Source: a virus. Taken from it: a stretch of DNA of 64,000 bases. Both the position numbers and the translations under genes were made by a program. Below are positions 48,802-58,659 of the stretch, in pieces. The DNA lies in IMG/VR virus record IMGVR_UViG_3300034980_000520, positions 1 to 64,000 of that record. The stretch is one strand, 5' to 3'. The notes beneath the pieces are model-generated. The model saw only the letters and a program-made list of their open reading frames with translations. It was not told where the DNA came from and ran no database searches. Each line of letters starts with the position of its first letter. Position 1 is the first letter of the stretch.

Positions 48802-49071
48802 ATGTTTAAACCAGTTAATCGACACATCTTGGTAGAAATGGTAGACGGGGAAGAATCGCCTACTCCTTTGATAGTTCTTCCGGAAGATTTCAAACCAGCT
48901 ATGGAAAAGTATGCTGTGGTGAAAGTACTCAACTTTGCTGATGACATTCGATTTGAGCTAAAGAGCGCCCCGCGCATAGTGGTGGATCAGTCAATGATAG
49001 AAGAAATTGTTGTGAATAAGACTACTTATAACGTGATACAAGACAACTATGTGGTGGGCATCGTCACTTAG
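48802..49071 (+). CDS. GroES-like co-chaperonin
   Basis: MFKPVNRHILVE...IVLPE...IQDNYVVGIV pattern; 89 aa. Confidence 0.6.
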   Translation: MFKPVNRHILVEMVDGEESPTPLIVLPEDFKPAMEKYAVVKVLNFADDIRFELKSAPRIVVDQSMIEEIVVNKTTYNVIQDNYVVGIVT

Positions 49072-49092
49072 TTGAGCCTGTAGGTTATCTCT

Positions 49093-49998
49093 ATGGATAA
49101 GAATTTTTATAATGAAGCTTCCGCCAAAAAACTTGGCTGGGCTCCTTCGTGGTTCGGCGAGAAATATTTTGATGATAAGCTGCTGCGCGCCATTAAGAAA
49201 TGGCAACGCGCACGCCACTTAGCTGCCGATGGTTTGTGTGGTCCGATGACATTCCGCAGACTGTGGACAGAGCGCCAAGAGATAGTGGGCGATTATTGTC
49301 CCAATGAGGACATGTCCTACTCCAATTACATTGTATACAATGGAGAATTTCATCCTATTGAGTGGGACAAGTTTGTTCTGTGGTCGGATGACGGCGCCCT
49401 TGTCTCAAAGCCCGGACACTACTATGATTATTCCGGACGTCCAAAGCGCAAGATTCGCTATTTCGTGAATCACTGGGATGTGTGCCTTAACTCCACATCA
49501 TGCCAAAACGTTTTAGACAAAAGAGGAATTTCAGTACACTTCTTGATCGACAATGACGGGACGATTTACCAAACCCTAGACATGCAACATGCAGCATGGC
49601 ACGCAGGCTCCGCAAGAGCCAACCGAGCCTCAGTGGGAGTTGAGATTTCGAATGCTTATTACCCAAAATATCAAGATTGGTATGTTAAAAATGGGTATGG
49701 CAAGCGCCCAATGATTGACGATGCGTGGGTACACAGTTCCCAATTAGAACCATTCATGGGCTTTTATCCCCAACAAATTGAAGCCCTTAAGGCGCTCTGG
49801 AAAGCTATTAATAGTGCAACAGGAATTCCTTACGAATGCCCAACCAATCAATTTGGCAATACCTCAACGAAATATGAGCAGCAGGTTACTTATGGTAAAT
49901 TTAGTGGTTTCGTAAGTCATTACCACGTCAGCAAGGCAAAAATTGATTGCGCAGGCTTGGATCTAAAGAAAATTCTAGAAGATATAAAAGAAGAATAA
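49093..49998 (+). CDS. N-acetylmuramoyl-L-alanine amidase with peptidoglycan-binding domain (endolysin)
   Basis: AIKKWQ...L.ADGLCGPMT PG-binding motif; SVHFLID.DGTIYQ, AWHAG, SVGVEI, HYH amidase_2 motifs. Confidence 0.85.
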   Translation: MDKNFYNEASAKKLGWAPSWFGEKYFDDKLLRAIKKWQRARHLAADGLCGPMTFRRLWTERQEIVGDYCPNEDMSYSNYIVYNGEFHPIEWDKFVLWSDDGALVSKPGHYYDYSGRPKRKIRYFVNHWDVCLNSTSCQNVLDKRGISVHFLIDNDGTIYQTLDMQHAAWHAGSARANRASVGVEISNAYYPKYQDWYVKNGYGKRPMIDDAWVHSSQLEPFMGFYPQQIEALKALWKAINSATGIPYECPTNQFGNTSTKYEQQVTYGKFSGFVSHYHVSKAKIDCAGLDLKKILEDIKEE

Positions 49999-50025
49999 AG
50001 TTATTTTAACCCACTACTTACGGAT

Positions 50026-50568
50026 ATGGGGTGGCTTTTATTTTTGATTCTGGGGCACGGAAGTGCGCCTCCAGACAGCACCGTGCCAGAACATTTTCAG
50101 AATGTAGCGCACATGCAAGAAACCATGGTAATAGGGAAACCTAACCAAAAAGCGACTTGGGGGGCACCTCCTATGATAAGAGTGTGCACGGATTCGGGCG
50201 TCTCGGTAAGTCGTGCCACTCGCGCTGTTAAATATTGGGAGCGCCTAGGCTATGAATTTGGTAGGATTGTGGGAGATCCCTTCTCGATGTGCATGACACC
50301 CAAATCTGGCGAGGTTCTCATCAGTATTCCCGATGGGGGTTTTAGCAGCACTCACATGGCAGCTACCAGATTGTATACCGACACTGCCTCGGGAGAGATT
50401 GTAAGAGCTAAAATTCAAATTCTTCCTCATAATGCCGCCAAAGATAGAGTGTTGGAACACGAAATAGGACACGCACTCGGCTGGGAACACTACCCACAGC
50501 GATACCATATCATGCACCCCACATGGAAGTACGGAGGATATGATTCTTATGGTGTTCGCAAAAGATAG
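50026..50568 (+). CDS. secreted matrixin-like zinc metalloprotease
   Basis: HEIGHALGWEH zinc motif with Met-turn IMHP; hydrophobic N-terminus. Confidence 0.8.
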   Translation: MGWLLFLILGHGSAPPDSTVPEHFQNVAHMQETMVIGKPNQKATWGAPPMIRVCTDSGVSVSRATRAVKYWERLGYEFGRIVGDPFSMCMTPKSGEVLISIPDGGFSSTHMAATRLYTDTASGEIVRAKIQILPHNAAKDRVLEHEIGHALGWEHYPQRYHIMHPTWKYGGYDSYGVRKR

Positions 50569-50597
50569 TTGACATTACTGAGATATTGAGTTATACT
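50569..50597 (+). promoter_or_regulatory. sigma70-like promoter
   Basis: TTGACA-N17-TATACT. Confidence 0.8.
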
Positions 50598-50622
50598 GTA
50601 TCAAACATAAACTAGGAGAAAC

Positions 50623-50895
50623 ATGTTTACAACTTTATTAGCACTAGCTGTGCTTTCTTGCTCCCCTGTGGGAGAAATACGGGATACCGGCCCACAACCG
50701 GCTACATTTGATGAGACAATTGAACGTCTCGATCGTATGATCTTGACGTCAGAAAAAATGTTGGAGGATTTGAAAAAGATGAATCACAATTCTGAAATGA
50801 TTTTTCGTGCCGTAACCGGCTGTCCTTCGGATCACCGGTGCGAGGAATTAAAGAACCACATCGAGGCACAAATTGACACGAGAGGTGAAAAGTGA
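50623..50895 (+). CDS. putative lipoprotein
   Basis: MFTTLLALAVLSC lipobox-like; AGGAG RBS. Confidence 0.6.
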   Translation: MFTTLLALAVLSCSPVGEIRDTGPQPATFDETIERLDRMILTSEKMLEDLKKMNHNSEMIFRAVTGCPSDHRCEELKNHIEAQIDTRGEK

Positions 50896-52070
50896 GGTTT
50901 TTATCCCTTTTAACAGCGCTAGCGCTGACTGGCACCGCACACGCTGACGATTTTAGCGACAGCGAGACGTCCTATTCGGGCGCATCTATCTTAGAAGGAG
51001 ACTGGGACGTATCGTTTGAAGCCGCTACCGACATCGCTGGCAGTGAGGACCGATTTCCGTACGCCTTTTTTGAAGGGAACACCCTTTATGTGGGCAACTC
51101 AGATCCGCAGGATAACACCATTGACGCCATCGTGGAGTTTTTCTGGTTTCAATCGTCTATCGATAGAGGCACAGATTTTTATGTTGCCGTCATCAAGACA
51201 AGAGTTACGCCCGGGCACAACTGCTTTTATGCCCCTTGGGGCTGGGCAGATGGTGCCCAGTGCAAACTATGGGCAGACGAGTGGAGTGATTGGGGCGAGC
51301 ATCCAGTTTTATCGGTAGAGGCACTGACAGACATTGAACGCGAACAAGGTGCCTTCCGCTGGGACTGGTCCGTTCCATTTGAGTCCTATGGCATCGATGC
51401 TTATGGACAAGTAACGTTTCAGAATGCATACGGAATTGGATCTGATTCAGAAGGCGCCGTCATGGCTCATGGGGAGTACCCCATTAACGAAGATGGGGAA
51501 GTAGAGGCGGAGGGCAATGTACAGATCAAGGGCTATCACTCATCAGAGTATTCAGTTCAAACACAATACGAAGTCACACTTTATGAGTGGGATGTGTTTG
51601 TGGATGGAAGAGCTGATCTAATGGCTTGGGACATGTACTTAAACCTTGGAGCAAGAGAAACACAATCGGCTTACCACGAATACTTTTTGAGTGTTCAGGT
51701 TGAGGAAGGCATGCCGTTCATGATAGATGAGTTAAACTTTATGGGAAACTTCGATACCGGCTGGTATGATCCCTTCCATCACGAACTTGGTGTGACACTT
51801 ACAGACTTGGTTATTTCACAGCCGTTCTTTATTCCCGCAGAAGAAGAAGAGGAAGAAGAGCCCGCTGTTACGGAGAGCGATACGGGAAACTCACAGGAGC
51901 ACGAAGACACTGGTGATGACGACACGAGCACTCCTTTTGAGTTTGCTGACGATGAGTCTGAGCCGGGAACAAAGTCTTCCGCCGGCTGCAGCGGCAGCGC
52001 CACTAACCGTGGTAGTCTGTATGTTATCTTTATGGCTGCCTTGCTAGCAGGGTTCAGAAGGGAAGATTGA
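50892..52070 (+). CDS. secreted acidic protein with MYXO-CTERM-like C-terminal sorting signal
   Basis: Signal peptide (TAHA), acidic linker, AGCS...hydrophobic helix...RR end. Confidence 0.65.
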   Translation: MRFLSLLTALALTGTAHADDFSDSETSYSGASILEGDWDVSFEAATDIAGSEDRFPYAFFEGNTLYVGNSDPQDNTIDAIVEFFWFQSSIDRGTDFYVAVIKTRVTPGHNCFYAPWGWADGAQCKLWADEWSDWGEHPVLSVEALTDIEREQGAFRWDWSVPFESYGIDAYGQVTFQNAYGIGSDSEGAVMAHGEYPINEDGEVEAEGNVQIKGYHSSEYSVQTQYEVTLYEWDVFVDGRADLMAWDMYLNLGARETQSAYHEYFLSVQVEEGMPFMIDELNFMGNFDTGWYDPFHHELGVTLTDLVISQPFFIPAEEEEEEEPAVTESDTGNSQEHEDTGDDDTSTPFEFADDESEPGTKSSAGCSGSATNRGSLYVIFMAALLAGFRRED

Positions 52071-52963
52071 TATTAGAGCGACAGCATGTAGTGCTTGGAA
52101 GCTCTCTTAGCGCTCTTCTATTCGCCTATATTAATGATTATGCTGTTGTTTTTACAAAGCCAAGAACGCCCTTTAAGTTCGATTATTTGAGTACTAAATT
52201 AGATCTTTCGAGCCTCAAAATACCTTTTAATAATTTAACGCTTAAAAGTTTCGACAGTAAAATGCAAGTTGGTATACAAAAGGTGTTATTATGGGAACGC
52301 ATATTGTTTCTGCAGTCGTTACGAGGAAATATAATATCCACTAAGGACGCTCACAGCTTACGTCTTGCCGGCAACACGATAACGATATCCAACGAGTATT
52401 CTAAAATATTAGATTTGGTTTTTGAAAAGTGTTATTATTATGGCGACGACGGGGCAGCAGGATTTACAGAGAAAACAGATCTTGACGAAGCTACCTATAT
52501 ATGTTATGATTATATAGCATTCAATAGTGGAGGAAAACATGAAATTGATTACATCAGAACAGGTGATGATTTTGTCAGCGAGATATGGTTTTATAGTTCC
52601 GACCGTATTGATGGAAATACTCCTGTTAGAGATGCTTGTGCGGTATCAACACTAACCAAGCAGCAACTACAGGACTTTGATTTTTCAGAAACTATGGCGA
52701 GGTTTAAAACACTTCAAGTTATGAAAGATAATGGAATGAGAGGAAAATTCAATGGATACACAAAAAAAGGAAAGGCTCGGCACTATGATTTTAGAACATC
52801 TAGCATTAGGCGCTCAACGCAGCGCGACTACCATGAACCGAGAGCGCACTCCTCTTGTATCGAGATTAAAGCCCCCGATGAAGAAAATTTACTTAAATCT
52901 TTGCCGAATGCTGCAGCCAACACCTGTAGACTTTTAGAGAGATTAGATGAAAACTCATCTTAG
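52067..52963 (+). CDS. hypothetical protein, degenerate Rossmann/FAD-binding-like N-terminus
   Basis: HVVLGSSLSALLFA resembles VIGxGxxGLxxA. Confidence 0.5.
   Translation: MILERQHVVLGSSLSALLFAYINDYAVVFTKPRTPFKFDYLSTKLDLSSLKIPFNNLTLKSFDSKMQVGIQKVLLWERILFLQSLRGNIISTKDAHSLRLAGNTITISNEYSKILDLVFEKCYYYGDDGAAGFTEKTDLDEATYICYDYIAFNSGGKHEIDYIRTGDDFVSEIWFYSSDRIDGNTPVRDACAVSTLTKQQLQDFDFSETMARFKTLQVMKDNGMRGKFNGYTKKGKARHYDFRTSSIRRSTQRDYHEPRAHSSCIEIKAPDEENLLKSLPNAAANTCRLLERLDENSS
52482..52510 (+). promoter_or_regulatory. sigma70-like promoter (intragenic)
   Basis: TTGACG-N17-TATGAT with TG. Confidence 0.5.
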
Positions 52964-53828
52964 CGGTATAATTCCGCTTGCAAATCATGAAAACGATTTG
53001 GGAGTCGACTTCCCAGCGCCACTGATTCCAGTTGAAAATGGTTTCACAGCTGTTCAAAAATCGGTATTTGAATGTACCATGGCGGGCTGCGACACTATAT
53101 GGATTGTCGCGAATGATGATCTCTCCCCATCCATAAGGGCAATCGTGGGGGACTGGGCATATGATCCAGTATACTTTAAGAGAGACATGGCAAGTAAATA
53201 TTATTCCGAACTTAGGAAAGAAGTGCCTATTTATTATGTTGCGATTAATCCTAAAGATCGCGATCGTCGCGATTCATATGGCTGGTCGGTGTTGCATGGC
53301 ATCCACACAGCATATATGACGTCTTATAAGATTTCAAAATGGATTGTGCCGGAAAAATATTTTATTTCTTTTCCCTTTGGGGTTTATGATCCGCATATTT
53401 TAAGAGACTATCGCAAAATAATCAGAGATAAGAATAATAATTTTTTCTTAAAACACGACAAAAACTATATAAAAGATAATGTGCCGCTAGCGTGCACGAT
53501 GACAGGAGAAGACTTTAAATTATGTCGAAGAGCGATAAACAAAAAGACAACAAGGGAGTATTTACCCCCTTTACCGAACCAGCAATACCCTACCCAAAAG
53601 TTGCCCCTCCACGAAAGGTGGTCAGCACGGACGTTCAATTTCAAAGAAATTTTCGATAGTATTGACGAGAAGGGTGCAACGTACGTAGACTTACCGTGGC
53701 ATTATGATGTGTCAGGGTGGGACGGCTATGTAGCGTACATGCGATCAGAAAATAAGATAAAAAAGCCCATTGAAGCATTGACAAAGCCCCACCAACATGT
53801 TAAGATACCATATGATTCGGAGGGATAA
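52947..53828 (+). CDS. nucleotidyltransferase-like protein (degenerate)
   Basis: GIIPLA...PAPLIPV...AGCDTIWIV pattern of the NTP_transferase N-terminus, lacking GxGTR. Confidence 0.55.
   Translation: MKTHLSGIIPLANHENDLGVDFPAPLIPVENGFTAVQKSVFECTMAGCDTIWIVANDDLSPSIRAIVGDWAYDPVYFKRDMASKYYSELRKEVPIYYVAINPKDRDRRDSYGWSVLHGIHTAYMTSYKISKWIVPEKYFISFPFGVYDPHILRDYRKIIRDKNNNFFLKHDKNYIKDNVPLACTMTGEDFKLCRRAINKKTTREYLPPLPNQQYPTQKLPLHERWSARTFNFKEIFDSIDEKGATYVDLPWHYDVSGWDGYVAYMRSENKIKKPIEALTKPHQHVKIPYDSEG
53778..53806 (+). promoter_or_regulatory. sigma70-like promoter for dnaE
   Basis: TTGACA-N17-TAAGAT with TG. Confidence 0.7.
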
Positions 53829-56800
53829 GTGAATCGTATAAATTCTAAAATTAAATTCGTAGGCTTGCACGCACACAGCGTGGCAGGATCTATTTTTGAT
53901 GCCATTGGGTATCCGCAAGATCATATGGATTTTGCATATGAAAACGGCTGTGACGCCTTGGCATTAACCGATCATGGAAACATGAATGGTTTGGCATATC
54001 AGGTACTGCATGCAAAAAAGATGCAGGAAGCAGGAAAGGAGTTCAAGCCTATCTTTGGTTGTGAGGCATACTTCACGCCATCCATTGCTGAATGGCATGA
54101 TGCCTACAACAAGGCGATGGAAGACAAGAAGCGCGCCCGCTCGATCAAGAAGGACGAGCAATCTGGCGCCACCGTCGAAGACGAAGGCGACAGCAAAAAG
54201 ATTCAAGGGATTCTTAAGCGCCGCCGACATCTAGTGCTGCTGGTGCAGAACCAGACAGGGCTTAATAATCTATTCAAGCTTGTATCGGAATCATATCAGC
54301 CAGAGAACTTTTACCGCTACCCCCGAATTGACTACGCACTGCTGAAGAAGTACAATGAGGGTATCATAGCCTCGTCAGCATGCCTAGGAGGCGTTTATGC
54401 CGGCAACTACTGGGAGCATCGGGAGGAAGGCGAAGAAGCCGTCCTAGAGGCAATGCGAGAGTCTACGCGACAAATGGTTGACATCTTTGGAGATCGCTGG
54501 TACGCCGAGATTCAGTGGAACAATATTAAAGAGCAACATGAGTTAAATCAATATGTCATTCAGATTGCTAAAGAGTTTGGCGTTGGACTGGTGACGACAG
54601 CCGACAGCCATTACCCCAACCCTGACGCTTGGAAGGACAGAGAGCTTTACAAGCGTCTTGGTTGGCTTGGTAAGGGGCGCCCATCTTGGGCAGAGGAGGA
54701 GTCGCAACTACCTGCAGGCGTTGAAGAAATTGGTTATGAGTTGTATCCAAAGAATGGCGATCAGATGTGGGAGAGCTATAAACAATACTCCGAGGAACAA
54801 GGCTTTGAGTATGACGATGAGATAGTATTAGAGAGCATCGAAGAGACACACAGAATTGCGTTCGATCGAATTGAATCATTCTTGCCAGATAACACGGTGC
54901 GTTTGCCAGAGTTCGTTGTGCCAGCCGGCTATACTGCCACGCAAGCGCTCGTCCAGTATGCCCTTGAGGGCTTAAAAGAAAGAGGTATGCACACCAACAA
55001 GGAGTATACCGATAGACTCAAGCGTGAATTGAATGTGATTGATGATCGAGGGTTTTCCAAGTATTTCTTAACGATGAAATCTATTGTTGATGTTGCATCG
55101 CAAATGATGCTCCCCGGCCCAGGCAGAGGATCTGCCGCCGGTTCTCTAGTGGCGTATGCTCTTGATATCACGCAAGTTGATCCCATCAAGCATGGGCTCC
55201 TCTTCTCTCGCTTTCTGCGCTCAGACGCCACGGACTACCCTGATATCGATTACGATGTGTCGGACAGCATGGCACTCAAGGAGAAGCTCGTTGACATGTG
55301 GGGAGCCGATTGTGTTGCGCCTATTTCTAACTGGAACACGCTGCAGCTCAAAAGTTTAATTAAAGACATCTCAAAGCTTTATGATATTCCATTTACGGAG
55401 GTGAATACGGTTACCTCCATTATGATCCGCGAAGCCACACCCGAAGCAAAGCGCAAGCACGGAATCAAGTCAGGCGTGTATGCGCCCACGTGGGAGGAGG
55501 TGATCGAGTTTTCACCATCCCTGCAATCCTATCTTGCGAAACACCCAGCAGTTAAAACACACGTTGAAGGGCTAGTGGGGCAAGTTCGCTCTTGCTCTCG
55601 CCACGCCGGCGGCGTTGTGATTGCAGAGAATCTGGACGAAAACATGCCGCTTATTAATTCTGGTGGAGTGCGACAGGCACCATGGGCAGAGGGGCAGAAC
55701 GTCCGACATCTTGAACCAATGGGATTCATTAAGTTTGATTTGCTAGGACTGTCGACGCTAAAGATGATGGAGGGTTGTATCGAGCATATTCTCCAGCGCC
55801 ACCACGGAGTCGAGAAACCTACCTTCGCACAAGTTAGAGAATATTATGACAAGAACCTTCACCCCGACGTCATTGATACCAATAATCAAGAGGTGTATGA
55901 AAATGTATTCCACAAAGGTAAGTGGGCAGGCATCTTTCAGTTTACCGAGCAGGGAGCACAAAAGTTCTGTGTTCGCGCCAAGCCTCGCAACATCATCGAT
56001 GTGTCGGCTATCACTTCCATCTATCGTCCTGGGCCGCTTGCAGCTAATGTCCACGACGAATACGTAGAAGCAAAAGAGAGCCCACATCATATCAAGTATT
56101 TGAACGATGACTCGCACGATATCACGCAGGAGACATTCGGTTTCCTAATTTTCCAAGAGCAAATTGCTCTGCTAGCACACAAGCTTGGAGGCTTGACTCT
56201 CGATGAGGGTAATATGCTTCGCAAGGTGCTGACTAAGAAGGGTACCGGTAAGGGATCCGTGAAGGGGAGGCTACATGATAAGTTCATTTCCGGCTGCTTT
56301 AAGAACAAGATCTCAAAAGACGAGGCACAAGCGCTTTGGGACAAGTTTGAATATTTCTCAGGATATGGTTTTAACAAGTCTCACGCAGTATCTTACAGCT
56401 TGATTTCGTTTCAGTGCGCGTGGCTTTGGAACTACTATCCTGCCGAATGGATGGCAGCGTTTCTAGACAAAGAGCCAGAGAGTCGGAAGGAAAAGGCAAT
56501 CAATACTGCCAAGAAGTTTGGGTTTGAGATTGAGCCTTTGGACGTTAACAAATCGGGCACGGTGTGGGAGATTAGTGCTGACGGCAAGACACTGATCCAG
56601 CCTCTTACTTCTATTAAGGGATTGGGAATGTCAGCTATTGAACAAATTTTAGCTAACCGTCCATTCCTGAATGCAGAGGATCTTTTATTCCGAGAAAGTG
56701 TTTCATATAGCAAGCTTAATAAAAAGGCGTTAGATGCGCTGTGTCGCGGAGGCGCCTTGGACAATATTGTTGATGATAGATTCTCGGGACGCAAGCATTT

Positions 56801-57260
56801 TTGGTCGGCTTGTGTGGTGGATCGGCCGAAGAGCCTCAAGAAATTCGGAGAGAATATGGAAACATATTACCCAGAAGGAGACTTCAGCGAAGAAGAGGTA
56901 ATTCAGTTTAAAACGGATCTAACAGGAGTGTTCCCTCTTAACTTGGTGGTTAGCGCCGAGATGATTCAAGCGCTCCAAGAAAGATTCATCCCGCCCATCT
57001 CCGAGTTCGATCAAGAATTGCAGGTGTGCTGGTTTATCCCAAGAGCCATCACCGCACGGAAGACTAAAAATGGAAAACTTTATTGGATCTTAGACGTAGT
57101 TGACTCCAACAACGAACTAACTAGAATAAGATGCTGGGGAGTTAAGCCAGAGAAAGATCGTTTGCATTTGAATCGCGCTTACATGGCGAGATTGAATTAC
57201 GATCCTAATTGGGGCTTTAGTACCTACGCTATTGGTAGAACATTCAAACTGTTAGGGTAG
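53829..57260 (+). CDS. dnaE: DNA polymerase III alpha subunit (family C)
   Basis: PHP LHAHS, ALTDHG, GRGSAAGSLVAY, PDIDYD, RHAGGVVI, KFDLLGL, YGFNKSHA motifs. Confidence 0.96.
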   Translation: MNRINSKIKFVGLHAHSVAGSIFDAIGYPQDHMDFAYENGCDALALTDHGNMNGLAYQVLHAKKMQEAGKEFKPIFGCEAYFTPSIAEWHDAYNKAMEDKKRARSIKKDEQSGATVEDEGDSKKIQGILKRRRHLVLLVQNQTGLNNLFKLVSESYQPENFYRYPRIDYALLKKYNEGIIASSACLGGVYAGNYWEHREEGEEAVLEAMRESTRQMVDIFGDRWYAEIQWNNIKEQHELNQYVIQIAKEFGVGLVTTADSHYPNPDAWKDRELYKRLGWLGKGRPSWAEEESQLPAGVEEIGYELYPKNGDQMWESYKQYSEEQGFEYDDEIVLESIEETHRIAFDRIESFLPDNTVRLPEFVVPAGYTATQALVQYALEGLKERGMHTNKEYTDRLKRELNVIDDRGFSKYFLTMKSIVDVASQMMLPGPGRGSAAGSLVAYALDITQVDPIKHGLLFSRFLRSDATDYPDIDYDVSDSMALKEKLVDMWGADCVAPISNWNTLQLKSLIKDISKLYDIPFTEVNTVTSIMIREATPEAKRKHGIKSGVYAPTWEEVIEFSPSLQSYLAKHPAVKTHVEGLVGQVRSCSRHAGGVVIAENLDENMPLINSGGVRQAPWAEGQNVRHLEPMGFIKFDLLGLSTLKMMEGCIEHILQRHHGVEKPTFAQVREYYDKNLHPDVIDTNNQEVYENVFHKGKWAGIFQFTEQGAQKFCVRAKPRNIIDVSAITSIYRPGPLAANVHDEYVEAKESPHHIKYLNDDSHDITQETFGFLIFQEQIALLAHKLGGLTLDEGNMLRKVLTKKGTGKGSVKGRLHDKFISGCFKNKISKDEAQALWDKFEYFSGYGFNKSHAVSYSLISFQCAWLWNYYPAEWMAAFLDKEPESRKEKAINTAKKFGFEIEPLDVNKSGTVWEISADGKTLIQPLTSIKGLGMSAIEQILANRPFLNAEDLLFRESVSYSKLNKKALDALCRGGALDNIVDDRFSGRKHFWSACVVDRPKSLKKFGENMETYYPEGDFSEEEVIQFKTDLTGVFPLNLVVSAEMIQALQERFIPPISEFDQELQVCWFIPRAITARKTKNGKLYWILDVVDSNNELTRIRCWGVKPEKDRLHLNRAYMARLNYDPNWGFSTYAIGRTFKLLG

Positions 57261-57262
57261 AC

Positions 57263-57868
57263 ATGAATATACTTAAAAACTTTAGCCCGCTCTTAAAAGA
57301 GCCAAAATTCATCGATGACTTGCCTGTTGTTATAAGGTTGACAAAGTTTGATGAGACATCCGCCAAGGGTTTTTCTGCAGCCGTAATGAAGGCGCAGAAC
57401 ACAGGGCAGCCTGTCTTGCCAATTATTATCGACAGTTATGGTGGGCAAGTATACAGCTTGATGTCTATGATATCAGATATTAAGCACAGTCGCATTCCTG
57501 TTGCAACTATCGTTCAGGGAAAAGCGATGTCTTGCGGGGCAATCCTCTTCAGCTTTGGAGCCGAAGGCAAGAGATATATGGATCCGGATGCGACAGTTAT
57601 GATTCATGACGTTAGCTCGATGGATCACGGGAAAGTGGAAGAACTCAAAGCCTCTGCGGAGGAAGCCGAGCGCCTTAACCAGAAAATATATTCAATGATG
57701 GCGGAAAATTGTGGACAGCACAGGGACTATTTTTTAGACATTGTACACGAAAAGGGACATGCCGATTGGTTCTTAGAGGCAGACGAGTGTTTAAAACACA
57801 ATCTTGCCAATCACCTGAAGGTACCAGAATTAAAAATTGAAGCAAAGGTTAAGTTCAGTTTCGAATGA
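57263..57868 (+). CDS. clpP: ClpP-family serine protease
   Basis: IDSYGG.V, GKAMSCG (Ser), MIHD (His), DWFLEADEC. Confidence 0.85.
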   Translation: MNILKNFSPLLKEPKFIDDLPVVIRLTKFDETSAKGFSAAVMKAQNTGQPVLPIIIDSYGGQVYSLMSMISDIKHSRIPVATIVQGKAMSCGAILFSFGAEGKRYMDPDATVMIHDVSSMDHGKVEELKASAEEAERLNQKIYSMMAENCGQHRDYFLDIVHEKGHADWFLEADECLKHNLANHLKVPELKIEAKVKFSFE

Positions 57869-57881
57869 ATCTATTTAATGT

Positions 57882-58586
57882 GTGATTAAAACCGAAAAAA
57901 TTAAATTGCGCCGAGTAATGAACGAGCTACACTATCTCTATGAGGAGATGGAGCTTATCGGAGATCTCTGTGGGACAGCCGCCGGTGACTTCGAAAGTTA
58001 TTACCGAGCCTTTTGCGCAGAGAACGATATTGATTTAAAGAAGCTGAACAAAGAAAACTCAGAACAGCTTAAAGAAATTTATGGTGTCAAAGATTTGGAA
58101 GAAGACGAGGTACCCTCCGAGCTTCCACGCTCTGGCTCCGCCGAACTGATTCCACAGAGTGGAGAAGCCAGCGATGCTGATCAGTTTATCCCCGATGATG
58201 ACGTTGTATACAAAGAACTCCACTCAATGTTTAATAAGATTTTTAAGAAGCTCGCCATGAAACTCCACCCTGATCGTATCGAAAATCATATACTTGATAA
58301 TGACGAGAAGATTAAGCTACGTAATGATTTTTCGAAAGCCAGAACATCCTTAGAAAAGAAGAAGTATTTCCATTTAGTAGAGATCAGCCGCCGCCACGGT
58401 ATTTATGTTACCGAGAGATATGGGCTGCAACTAAGATGGTTTAGAAAAGAGAGGGATAACGTACGCAAGCACGTAAATCATGAAAAATGCACATACAATT
58501 ATAAGTTTAGCGAATGCGAGACTGATGAGCAAAAAGATGCCCTCATCCGAGAATTTCTCCAGCAACTTTTTGGGATTTTAGCATAA
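57882..58586 (+). CDS. J-domain-like protein
   Basis: FKKLAMKLHPDR with intact HPD motif. Confidence 0.6.
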   Translation: MIKTEKIKLRRVMNELHYLYEEMELIGDLCGTAAGDFESYYRAFCAENDIDLKKLNKENSEQLKEIYGVKDLEEDEVPSELPRSGSAELIPQSGEASDADQFIPDDDVVYKELHSMFNKIFKKLAMKLHPDRIENHILDNDEKIKLRNDFSKARTSLEKKKYFHLVEISRRHGIYVTERYGLQLRWFRKERDNVRKHVNHEKCTYNYKFSECETDEQKDALIREFLQQLFGILA

Positions 58587-58603
58587 ATAACAACCAAAAA
58601 CGG

Positions 58604-58632
58604 TTGACAGCCGCATCCGCGGGTGTTATACT
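58604..58632 (+). promoter_or_regulatory. sigma70-like promoter
   Basis: TTGACA-N17-TATACT with TG. Confidence 0.85.
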
Positions 58633-58659
58633 ATTAGTATAGTCATCAAGGAGGTATTA

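Noticed and set aside
4592-57260. Inteins or introns in terL, helicase, nrdJ, dnaE
   Set aside because: ORFs are uninterrupted, of ordinary length, with no intein or homing endonuclease motifs seen
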